Below are positions 30,245 through 38,505 of a DNA stretch of 45,004 nucleotides, one piece after another. Every line of letters begins with the position of its first letter. The first letter of the stretch is position 1. Position numbers and translations under genes: made by a program. The notes under the pieces are model-generated. The model was not told the origin of the DNA. It saw nothing but the letters and a program-made list of their open reading frames with translations, and did no database searches. This DNA comes from Marine Group II euryarchaeote MED-G33 (lineage in GTDB: Archaea > Thermoplasmatota > Poseidoniia > Poseidoniales > Thalassarchaeaceae): the NCBI GenBank assembly GCA_949538655.1, contig CATISE010000082.1, positions 1 through 45,004 of the forward strand. Reading direction: 5' to 3'.

Positions 30245-31159
30245 TCAACGCCTCCATTCATCAAGGCAAATTTGGCATCGGTTCCGTCCAGTTTTGGTAC
30301 GAATGACATCTAAGCCCCCACATGATCGACAGGCTACCCCCTCAAGGATGCGGGAAAATGTCGGTGCGCCCGACTTTTCAGCCTCCTTTGCATCTTCCTT
30401 TTCTTCAGTTGCCCCACGGTTACGTCTTTGACTGCGTTGCGTTCTTCGGCTGCTCTTTTTGTTTGTTTTCTTTTCCTTAAGAAGGACGAGCAAAGGCTCT
30501 TCCAATTTTTCACCAGACGTGACCATTGGATGGCTCCGATAGCGGAATAACTTGATGTGTCGGTCGACAATTCTACCGAGTGGGGCACTCAGTGTGATAT
30601 AGGCCAATATCCATGCAGGGAATAGCAGAATTCGGCCATTGAATCCCCACTGAGGATTCCATGGTAGGCTCACATAGTCGACTCTAAAACTTTCAACCAT
30701 GACATACATCCAACTAAAAATACCAATCACGAAAATCATTGTGAACATCATTGGTTTCATCATCGACATCTGCAACTTTGTTGTTTCAGGCATTAGATGC
30801 ATCTGCATCTTCTGTATTTTCTCCAAACGGACGTGATCACGAGATAGTCTAGCTTCCTGCATCAATTTACGCAATTGTTTGTTCCGATGATTGAGATGTG
30901 CTTGCAACATGGGATCCATGAACAAAGATCGGAATACAGTATTGACAATCATAATCGAGGACCCGACAATCAATACTGTTGGCACGAAATAGATATCATA
31001 GAAGGGAAGTGCAGGTTCAAGAACACCACCGGCAAGGTTCGCCATCGATAGTCGTAGCCCTTCACTCATGAGGATGAATGACATCCCAATTAAGAGGATA
31101 ATGGGTGTGAACAATTGGCCGAGAGGCATCTCGGGTTGATCAGGAATATCCTCAGCCAT
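30245..31159 (-). CDS. DUF106/EMC3-TMCO1 (Oxa1 superfamily) membrane insertase with basic tail and C-terminal Zn ribbon
   Basis: TM, coiled coil, MKPMMFTMIF, then PAWILAYI; synteny with cmk-cbf5; ends CRSCGG...CQIC. Start 31159 or 31186. Confidence 0.82.
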   Translation of the reverse strand: MAEDIPDQPEMPLGQLFTPIILLIGMSFILMSEGLRLSMANLAGGVLEPALPFYDIYFVPTVLIVGSSIMIVNTVFRSLFMDPMLQAHLNHRNKQLRKLMQEARLSRDHVRLEKIQKMQMHLMPETTKLQMSMMKPMMFTMIFVIGIFSWMYVMVESFRVDYVSLPWNPQWGFNGRILLFPAWILAYITLSAPLGRIVDRHIKLFRYRSHPMVTSGEKLEEPLLVLLKEKKTNKKSSRRTQRSQRRNRGATEEKEDAKEAEKSGAPTFSRILEGVACRSCGGLDVIRTKTGRNRCQICLDEWRR

Positions 31160-31262
31160 AATACTGCCCCGTTGAGGGCGCGCCATCAACTCTTCGGGTT
31201 GAAATAGTGAAAAAATCGAATATGAAGGGAAGTGTTCAACTCTACGAAGAGTATGCGAGGCT

Positions 31263-32027
31263 ATGGGCTCCCCAGAGCAAGCCTTGCGCGATGCGCACGC
31301 AGCGGAGGTCGATGGCGACCTGCATTTGGCAGAATCCATACTTCGGGCGGCTAGTAAACAATGGCGCAGAGAACCCGAATTCAAAATGCGACATGGCAAA
31401 GTTCTGCGTAGTCTTGGGTATGAGAAGAAAGCGTTGAAGGTTTACCGCTCGGTTCTCAAGGCCCACCCACAACGTGTTGATGCAGCGATAGCCGCGGCTG
31501 AAACAGCATCGTCTTTGAATAAAGCACGTTTAGCTGAATCACTTTGGTCACGAGCCCTTTCTGTTGGTGCTCCAACAGATGTTGCAACCGTTGGATTATG
31601 TCGAGCGATTTGGATTCGCGGGCGTAAGGAGGAATCTTGGGGACGTGCTTACAGTGCATTCATTCAAGGAGGGAATTCAAGTCGAGTTCTACATGATTTT
31701 CTCCGCGAATGTTCACCGATCATCGGTACGCAAGTACCAGAGATTGACATCTTGGAAACGGGCCAATTGGATGACGAATATCAATCACCCACTACACGTA
31801 GAGAATTGACTCTTCAACCTGCAACCTTTTCAGCGGACTCAGTTGAATCAATGGCCGGTATACAGGCGAAAGATTTGTCTGCCCCATCCAATGATGCGAT
31901 TACAGATTTATTGGATCTAGACGAAAGGGAACATCAGATTGACATGAGCGCAATGAGCCAAGGCCCAAGCGTCAAGGCATCTCGTACAGACATTGAAATT
32001 CCGGACGACTTATTCGATTTTGACTGA
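31263..32027 (+). CDS. TPR-like helical repeat protein with acidic disordered tail
   Basis: HGKVLRSLGYEKKALKVYRSVLKAHP TPR-like pattern; tail ends IPDDLFDFD. Confidence 0.72.
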   Translation: MGSPEQALRDAHAAEVDGDLHLAESILRAASKQWRREPEFKMRHGKVLRSLGYEKKALKVYRSVLKAHPQRVDAAIAAAETASSLNKARLAESLWSRALSVGAPTDVATVGLCRAIWIRGRKEESWGRAYSAFIQGGNSSRVLHDFLRECSPIIGTQVPEIDILETGQLDDEYQSPTTRRELTLQPATFSADSVESMAGIQAKDLSAPSNDAITDLLDLDEREHQIDMSAMSQGPSVKASRTDIEIPDDLFDFD

Positions 32028-34898
32028 TTAGAATGTGTATGAGCAAACGGGGCACATTGTCATACCTGGGGCGACATCAGCATTGCAAATTGGACAGGTA
32101 GTCGCTTCTACAACTTCGTCACCTGAGTCGTCAGCAGAACCCCCTGTTAACTTGGCCAAGGCAGCATCCATTTGGTCATCATCCGCTTCATTGTCCTCTT
32201 GAGAATCGATTTCATCGTCTGAATCTTCAGTTGCTTCCTCAATTTCATCTTCAGCTTCTTCGTCATCAGCATGATTATCCTCTTCAGCAACCTCTTCATC
32301 ATCCTCTTCATGGTCATCATCCGATTCTTCGACAGGCTCTTGTTCGGGCTCTACGTGTTCATCATCGTCTGAAGTTTCAACGACCTCTTCTTCATCTTCA
32401 GATTCGGCCATTGGAAGTGCTTCCGGGGGTTCATCATCTTCAATTTCAGCACCCACATCAATGCCATGGATTTCTTGGGCATCACTGACCTTGAAACCAG
32501 TTTCTGAATCACCTTTGAATTCGTAAGTAACCTCAATTCTCTCACCTCGAGAAACAGTGCCGATGTTCCATGACATCTTCTTGCCATCAGTAGTTGCATC
32601 TTCGACCATATCACAATCAACTGTTTTACCCGTGGATGATACAACCTTCCATTCTAGTAACTCAAATGCACCAGGGATTACATCATGGATTACGACATCC
32701 TTGAGTGCGGAATCAGCCCGGTTGTTGAACATAATCATGGCTTCATATCGCCCGGCTCCACCAGCAGGGAATACTTCCTTCCCAGAGTCATAGTTGACCT
32801 TTCTGTGCGTTACGCGTACTGCAGGGACGACATTGAGTCCCCGTGTCGCTACAGGACCATACCGCTCGGAACTGAAATCGATTCGTGCCGGTCCAGCGAC
32901 AACATCGTTTGAGGGGCTCGGATCTGGAGCAACCAATGGGTATGTGATGCACATCTTGTGACCTGGAGCCAAACCGATGGGACCCTTGGTACCGATTGTA
33001 ATCAACATCGTATGCCCTGGCCCATCAGGAGATGTCCGATTCTCCTCAAGTGTAATCCCTTCTTTGAGTTCGATTTTGAATTGGTCTCGGATGAGCTCAT
33101 TCCCATCGATAGTTGCCTTGACACTTTCCGCATCAGGGGCACTGAAAATTCCAGGGATATCATCAGTGATTCGAAGTAAATTGATGGTGGCCGAACCAGT
33201 ATTCTCAATATCCATTGTGGCCATCAATTGAGTCTCTCGATAATGTCGAAGTACATCGATCGAATACGATTTTTCAACTTCTGCTTCAAGAACCTCGATG
33301 GTGAGTGGTTGCAACGTCACAGTACCTTCAGTCATTCTACTGACTCGTGGCAAGACAGTGTAGAGTAATTCTTGACTGAATGTTGGTTTCTCTGTGGAGT
33401 GAACAACCTTGACATCGCTTTCCCATCGTCCATCTGGAAGAACATCATCTTCGACGTCATCGACTTCGAAAAGATGCTCATCTACTCCGGTTTGACTCAC
33501 GGTTAACTTGGTCAAATCAACCGTAAATGAGGATCTATTTTCAAAGACAGCCTGACAGCGATAATTGTCAGGTCTTTCATCTTCATCGACAACCATGTAT
33601 GAGAATCCTCGACAGTGTGCATCAACTTCATCGAAGTTCATACCCGAAAGTGTAGCATCTGCTGCGTAAGTTGCAGTCGCATGTCCAGCATCGATTGCAC
33701 CTACCGACTGTGCAGTAACTGCTGTGGGAATCGAAAGAGTTCGACTTTCACCGGAAGCCAGTCGACCCACAGTCCATGTTACTGTGTCGCCTTGCTTTTC
33801 GTATCCATCACCGTCATTGACTTGGATTTCAATCGGGAATGTTCGTGTAACGACAATATCGTTGAGTTGAACAGGGCTCATGTTTTCGACTTCAAGTTCC
33901 AAATCAATATCCTGTGCATCTCCACTCCGCTCAAGCGATAGACTTCTTTCTTGGTTCCGTGATGGGTTCGTATCAATTCGCTCTCGAACGCATAACATTC
34001 GGGGGCCGTCTACGCTGTAACCCACAGTTTCATCTGCGCCTGCTTCTAGTTCTGAGAAAGGAAGGTCAGATTCAATATCGGAGAAATCAGTGTTGTTTAA
34101 CAAAACATCAATATCCCACAATCGATCTTTATCACTAGGGTTCTTCAGTGTAAGAATACCCTTTACAGATTGCTTGACCATGTCTCCATCAGCAGTAAGT
34201 GTTACGTTTTCTGATTCGCTTAGAGTTCCTACCAATTTGTGCCCAGGAATTGCATCAACATCTACCGCACTTCGAATCTTTCCTCCCGCCATTGAGGATG
34301 TGGTAACAGTTGTTACTTGTTCAATTACTTCGCCAGCATCGTCAGATGAACCAAGTAAATCAAAGCTAGGAGGTGAAGGTGGTTCCTCTTCGGCTTGCTC
34401 ATCAGATGGGGCTGACTGTGTTAGTAAGTCAAGCCCTGGAGGTGCTGGGGGGGCGGCGTCCTCAACGTCGTCATGTTGTTCGGGTGCAGAGGTTAGATCG
34501 AGCCCTGGTGGTGCAGGTGGTTCTGGTGGTGCAGGTAGATCGAGCCCTGGTGGTGCAGGTGGTTCAGGCATCTCGATTTCTTCATCATCTGAATCATCTG
34601 CCAAAAGCTCAAGGGGGTCGACCAAATCATCGTCCATCATTGGTGGCGCAGGTGGTGCCATCTCAGGTGGTGCAGGTGGTGCTTCAGGAGCTTCGGGTGG
34701 CGCAGGTGGTTCCAATCCAGGTGGTGCTGGTGGAGTTGGTGGTATCGGCGGCTCTAACCCTGGTGGTGTCGGGGGCGTAGGCGGTGTTGGTGGTACCAGT
34801 CCAGGCGGTGCCGGGGGCGCAGGTGGCGCCTCCGGTGGAGCCAGTGGCAGTCCAGGTGGCATTGGGGGTATGTTTCCATCATCGTTTTCGTCGCTCAT
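32028..34898 (-). CDS. Large hypothetical protein: polyproline N-terminus, beta-sandwich core (MHD/DUF11-like), acidic tract, C-terminal Zn ribbon
   Basis: 956-aa ORF with SD GGAGG; no signal peptide or TM helix; ends CPIC...CPVC. Confidence 0.85.
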   Translation of the reverse strand: MSDENDDGNIPPMPPGLPLAPPEAPPAPPAPPGLVPPTPPTPPTPPGLEPPIPPTPPAPPGLEPPAPPEAPEAPPAPPEMAPPAPPMMDDDLVDPLELLADDSDDEEIEMPEPPAPPGLDLPAPPEPPAPPGLDLTSAPEQHDDVEDAAPPAPPGLDLLTQSAPSDEQAEEEPPSPPSFDLLGSSDDAGEVIEQVTTVTTSSMAGGKIRSAVDVDAIPGHKLVGTLSESENVTLTADGDMVKQSVKGILTLKNPSDKDRLWDIDVLLNNTDFSDIESDLPFSELEAGADETVGYSVDGPRMLCVRERIDTNPSRNQERSLSLERSGDAQDIDLELEVENMSPVQLNDIVVTRTFPIEIQVNDGDGYEKQGDTVTWTVGRLASGESRTLSIPTAVTAQSVGAIDAGHATATYAADATLSGMNFDEVDAHCRGFSYMVVDEDERPDNYRCQAVFENRSSFTVDLTKLTVSQTGVDEHLFEVDDVEDDVLPDGRWESDVKVVHSTEKPTFSQELLYTVLPRVSRMTEGTVTLQPLTIEVLEAEVEKSYSIDVLRHYRETQLMATMDIENTGSATINLLRITDDIPGIFSAPDAESVKATIDGNELIRDQFKIELKEGITLEENRTSPDGPGHTMLITIGTKGPIGLAPGHKMCITYPLVAPDPSPSNDVVAGPARIDFSSERYGPVATRGLNVVPAVRVTHRKVNYDSGKEVFPAGGAGRYEAMIMFNNRADSALKDVVIHDVIPGAFELLEWKVVSSTGKTVDCDMVEDATTDGKKMSWNIGTVSRGERIEVTYEFKGDSETGFKVSDAQEIHGIDVGAEIEDDEPPEALPMAESEDEEEVVETSDDDEHVEPEQEPVEESDDDHEEDDEEVAEEDNHADDEEAEDEIEEATEDSDDEIDSQEDNEADDDQMDAALAKLTGGSADDSGDEVVEATTCPICNADVAPGMTMCPVCSYTF
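34494..34565. repeat. 30-bp direct repeat within the Pro-rich coding region
   Basis: TAGATCGAGCCCTGGTGGTGCAGGTGGTTC at 34494-34523 and 34536-34565 (EPPAPPGLDL). Confidence 0.85.
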
Positions 34899-34980
34899 TG
34901 AAATTCCTCCATCGCAATGCGTGGGATAGCATCACGACGATATTGGAGGCCGTATAACCATTGTTGAACGGCAAATAGCC

Positions 34981-34994
34981 CGGTCCTAGGACCG
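34981..34994. promoter_or_regulatory. Perfect 14-bp palindrome CGGTCCTAGGACCG in a divergent promoter region
   Basis: Directly visible between the 956-aa gene and the GPN GTPase. Confidence 0.5.
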
Positions 34995-35040
34995 CAGGAG
35001 TGTCGGAGGGTTGATGAACCACTGTTGATGGCCCCCCATT

Positions 35041-35859
35041 GTGAGTGTAAGCGATAGCAGCACGCCCCCCGTAATTTTCGTAGTTGGAACCGCTGGTGCC
35101 GGTAAGAGCACGCTGGTTACAGCATTCCAGCGTTGGACTCGTTTCCTCGAAGTTGAGTGTCTTACAATTAACCTTGATCCTGGAGCCGAAAGAGTACACT
35201 ATGACCCTGAGTTTGACGTTAGAGATTTGATTTCACTCCACGAAGTCATGGAGGAATACGATTTGGGCCCCAATGGTGCACAAATTCTAGCAGCGGATCT
35301 AGTTGCAGCTCAATCCTATGACATTCAGGACGAATTAGAAGGTCTTTCAGGAGATTTACTCGTCATCGATACGCCCGGGCAAGTCGAATTGTTTGCCTTC
35401 CGTGAAGCCAGTTCTCACATGGTCGAAGTACTTGGCCAAGGTCAGGCGGCTCTTGTTTTCCTGTTTGATCCAATGTTGTCGCAATCTGCTTCAGGCTTCG
35501 TGTCACAAATGCTACTCTCCAACATTGTCCATTTCAGATTGGGACTTCCTACAGCCAATTTCCTGTCAAAGGCAGATTTGTTACCACCTGAAGACCTTGA
35601 ACGAGTTCTCGGGTGGGGTGAAGATTTAGATCAACTCGAAGCGGCATTGTTCGAAGAAGCCGGCGGACAAAGAACAGAATTTGCCATCGGTCAACTGAGA
35701 ATGATGCAAAATGCACAAATTCAACCCGGTCTAATCCCTCTATCAAGTGAGCAAGAAGAGGGACTTGCAGACATCCTATCGTTCGCCCAGAGTATTTTTG
35801 GAGGCATGGCAGATACCCGCGATGGTTTTGCTGGCGATATTGATCATGAGCGAAATTGA
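35041..35859 (+). CDS. GPN-loop GTPase
   Basis: GTAGAGKST, INLDPG, YDLGPNGA, IDTPGQVELF and LSKADLL. Confidence 0.95.
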   Translation: MSVSDSSTPPVIFVVGTAGAGKSTLVTAFQRWTRFLEVECLTINLDPGAERVHYDPEFDVRDLISLHEVMEEYDLGPNGAQILAADLVAAQSYDIQDELEGLSGDLLVIDTPGQVELFAFREASSHMVEVLGQGQAALVFLFDPMLSQSASGFVSQMLLSNIVHFRLGLPTANFLSKADLLPPEDLERVLGWGEDLDQLEAALFEEAGGQRTEFAIGQLRMMQNAQIQPGLIPLSSEQEEGLADILSFAQSIFGGMADTRDGFAGDIDHERN

Positions 35860-35867
35860 GGGATACA

Positions 35868-36821
35868 ATGAGTGAGATTCAGCACCTTCTATCAATTGCA
35901 GATTTAGGCGACGATTTCCGAAGCATTCTCGAATGGGCAATTCAATACAAACAAGATCCAGAACCCGATTATGATTTCAAACCCCTCGATGAACTTAGCA
36001 TCGGTTGCATTTACGAAAAACCCAGTACGAGAACCAGAGTCTCATTCGAAGTTGGCATTCACAAATTGGGTGGACAACCCCTCACTCTACTGAAGAATGA
36101 TATTCAGATGGGGAAATCCGAGACAATCGCCGATACCGGGGCGGTTCTTTCTCGATTCCTAGATGGTATCACTTACCGTTGCTTTGGCCACGATATGGTT
36201 TCCACACTTTCTGAGAGTTCAACAGTACCTGTAATCAACGCGCTCTCTGACAAACACCACCCCTGTCAAGCCGCGGCTGATCTGATGACAATCATGGAGC
36301 GAAATCCTACATTAGAAGGGGAAAGAGTTGCTTGGGTTGGTGATGGTAACAATGTATTGCACGATTTGATGCTGGCCTGTGCAATGTTGGGTGTAGACTG
36401 CACATGGGCTGTTCCCAAGGGTTTCGAACCGGATCAAGACGTTGTTGATATGGCGAATGAAATAGCCGAAAAAACAGGTTCGATGCTGATTGAAACGAAC
36501 AACCCGGTGGATGCATGTAAGAATGCCACAATCATTTACACAGATGTTTTCATCAGTATGGGTGAGGAACATCTTACTGACAAAATGAATGCTTTCAAGG
36601 GATTCCAAGTCAACGAAGAATTGGTTGCTCATGCAACGAGTGATTACGGATTCATGCACTGTCTACCAGCCCATAGAGGGGAAGAAGTCACTGATGGTGT
36701 AATCGATAGTGACAATAGTATTGTTTTTGATCAAGCAGAGAATAGAATGTGGGCGCAAATGGCGATTATGACATACCTATGCAACCCTGCTGCATTCCAT
36801 GCCTATAACGAGTTGTATTAG
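35868..36821 (+). CDS. argF: Ornithine carbamoyltransferase
   Basis: PSTRTRVSFE, HPCQ, GDGNNV, YTDVFISMG, FMHCLP and QAENR. Confidence 0.95.
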   Translation: MSEIQHLLSIADLGDDFRSILEWAIQYKQDPEPDYDFKPLDELSIGCIYEKPSTRTRVSFEVGIHKLGGQPLTLLKNDIQMGKSETIADTGAVLSRFLDGITYRCFGHDMVSTLSESSTVPVINALSDKHHPCQAAADLMTIMERNPTLEGERVAWVGDGNNVLHDLMLACAMLGVDCTWAVPKGFEPDQDVVDMANEIAEKTGSMLIETNNPVDACKNATIIYTDVFISMGEEHLTDKMNAFKGFQVNEELVAHATSDYGFMHCLPAHRGEEVTDGVIDSDNSIVFDQAENRMWAQMAIMTYLCNPAAFHAYNELY

Positions 36822-37708
36822 GCCGAAATTAGAACGGTTGCCAAGAATCCAGCCAGCCCAAGAAGCATGGCCATACGAAGACTCTTTTGTGCCGCGTGGT
36901 CTTCACCTCTATAGAGGCGTGGTTTGATGGATACCAGTGTGAACATTGCTGGGGCCTGCAACAATAGAAGTTCCATCGGAAGTAACCCCCTCGCATAAGG
37001 TGCAACGAGTGGTATGAGGGCGGCGAGAACCAACAATTGCGCAATCGTTCTCGAACGCTCAGCCCCAATTTGTTTTGGCAAAGTTTCACGATCTTCATCC
37101 CCACTTTGATCCTCAATATCCTTTACAATCTCGCGTGCAGCATTGACCAACATTGCAACCAGAGCAACGATCCATACAAGCGGTGTTGAAATTCCATTTA
37201 CAGCCGCAGCTCCAAATACGATAACGATACCAACGAGTAATGAAACTGCAATGTTGCCTGAGAGACCTTTGTGCTTGAGCATGAATGATGCAGGGACAAC
37301 CATTTCGTAATGGAACATTAATAGAAATGCGACAAACCAAATCCCGATACTTGGTAGCCACGAAACAAGATGTTCAGAATAGAGAGCTGCAACAGTCATG
37401 GCGCCGAGTAGAGCGATGATTGACGATAGGAATGCTGCACGACCAACCGCTTTGGCTTGAATCAGCGTCAATGCACCACTAGGGATTGGCCTTTCTGGAT
37501 GATTGAGTGCATCAGTTTCGTGATCTTGTACATCATTGAATGCATTCCATGCAGCCATGAAAGTCGCTACACATATCGAATGTAGTAATACGAGTAACAA
37601 TTCAACTTGCGTGAATTCCGTAGTCACCATCAATGCGCCAACAGCTACTGTGGAGGCTCCAACAAGGACATTACCTCCGCGCACGAGGTGCCACACAGGG
37701 TGGGTCAT
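36818..37708 (-). CDS. Digeranylgeranylglyceryl-phosphate synthase (UbiA prenyltransferase family)
   Basis: NDVQDHETDALNHPERPIPSG and AREIVKDIEDQSGD...TLP; multi-TM. Confidence 0.88.
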   Translation of the reverse strand: MTHPVWHLVRGGNVLVGASTVAVGALMVTTEFTQVELLLVLLHSICVATFMAAWNAFNDVQDHETDALNHPERPIPSGALTLIQAKAVGRAAFLSSIIALLGAMTVAALYSEHLVSWLPSIGIWFVAFLLMFHYEMVVPASFMLKHKGLSGNIAVSLLVGIVIVFGAAAVNGISTPLVWIVALVAMLVNAAREIVKDIEDQSGDEDRETLPKQIGAERSRTIAQLLVLAALIPLVAPYARGLLPMELLLLQAPAMFTLVSIKPRLYRGEDHAAQKSLRMAMLLGLAGFLATVLISA

Positions 37709-37740
37709 GATACTCGCGTCATGCAGACATCACTTGATGC

Positions 37741-38013
37741 CTACGCTGTCGCCTTCGTCGGCCCACTACCACCATGATTTCGTCCAGATAGGGCCCACAG
37801 GCAGACACTATATCTTGCCCCTCGGAAGAAATCCCTGACACTTCCGACCTTTTCGAATCGTATATCTTTGGCCAAAATATTGCCGACCTGGTTCATCGTC
37901 GCTCCCCAACTGAAGCGCTCGTTAAGATGATCGAAAACCTCGACCGTATTCGCTCGTCCACGTTCAGCGAGGAAGATGTGCACTTCTTCTCGGAGTCTCT
38001 TTGTTCGACTCAA
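37741..38013 (-). CDS. Small winged-helix protein (DUF3860-like)
   Basis: RTKRLR...NTVEVFDHLN...GATMNQVGNILAKD...CLWAL. Probable TTG start at 38013 with GGAGG upstream. Confidence 0.75.
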   Translation of the reverse strand: MSRTKRLREEVHIFLAERGRANTVEVFDHLNERFSWGATMNQVGNILAKDIRFEKVGSVRDFFRGARYSVCLWALSGRNHGGSGPTKATA

Positions 38014-38204
38014 GCCATCGCCTCCAGACTTCGCTGGTGAAGGTGCTTCCAAGCAGTTGGTTGTGCGAGGGGTCGCCAATTTCCATTCTCTTTGTTACCA
38101 CTCGCGTGCACGAGGGCTCCATCTTTCGTATTCCGTGGTCTCCGTGTCGCCACAAGGGTGGCAAACGAGACCGATTCTACTTGCTGCATTTTTTCGGTTT
38201 GCAT
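38010..38204 (-). CDS. Candidate small protein translationally coupled to the wHTH gene
   Basis: ORF MQTEKMQQVESVSF...; its TGA overlaps the TTG start of the next gene (TTGA). Confidence 0.4.
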   Translation of the reverse strand: MQTEKMQQVESVSFATLVATRRPRNTKDGALVHASGNKENGNWRPLAQPTAWKHLHQRSLEAMA

Positions 38205-38380
38205 GAAGGTTGCCAAAGTGGGGGTGCCTATGAAGAAAAGTAGGTGTGTGTAAATGAATATGAAAGTGCTTTAGCGACGCAGCCCCTCGTTTTTCAAATT
38301 CATATTTATCTGAAACTGAAGCATCAGGAGCATATTCACAGCGTTCCGTTGATATACGGGCTATCAATCGCCCGTCATAC

Positions 38381-38453
38381 GCTCGTATGGTGTAGCGGCC
38401 CATCATGGTGGACTCTCAATCCATCGACCCGGATTCGAATTCCGGTACGAGCA
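38381..38453 (+). tRNA. tRNA-Glu (CTC)
   Basis: GCTCGTA...GTGGA-CTCTCAA-TCCAT...CCGGA-TTCGAAT-TCCGG-TACGAGC-A; TATA-like TTGATATA ~25-30 nt upstream. Confidence 0.95.
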
Positions 38454-38505
38454 TCTCTCAGCACATTGTGGCAATTTTCATGAGCATGCCCTGTGTCGAG
38501 GGGGC

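Noticed and set aside
30245..30330. DUF106 Zn ribbon as a fused remnant of ribosomal protein L34e
   Set aside because: Cys spacing is too short and L34e motifs (TPGG, RPYGG) are absent.
34090..34929. 279-aa Gly-rich + strand ORF
   Set aside because: Antisense shadow of the polyproline codons of the 956-aa gene.
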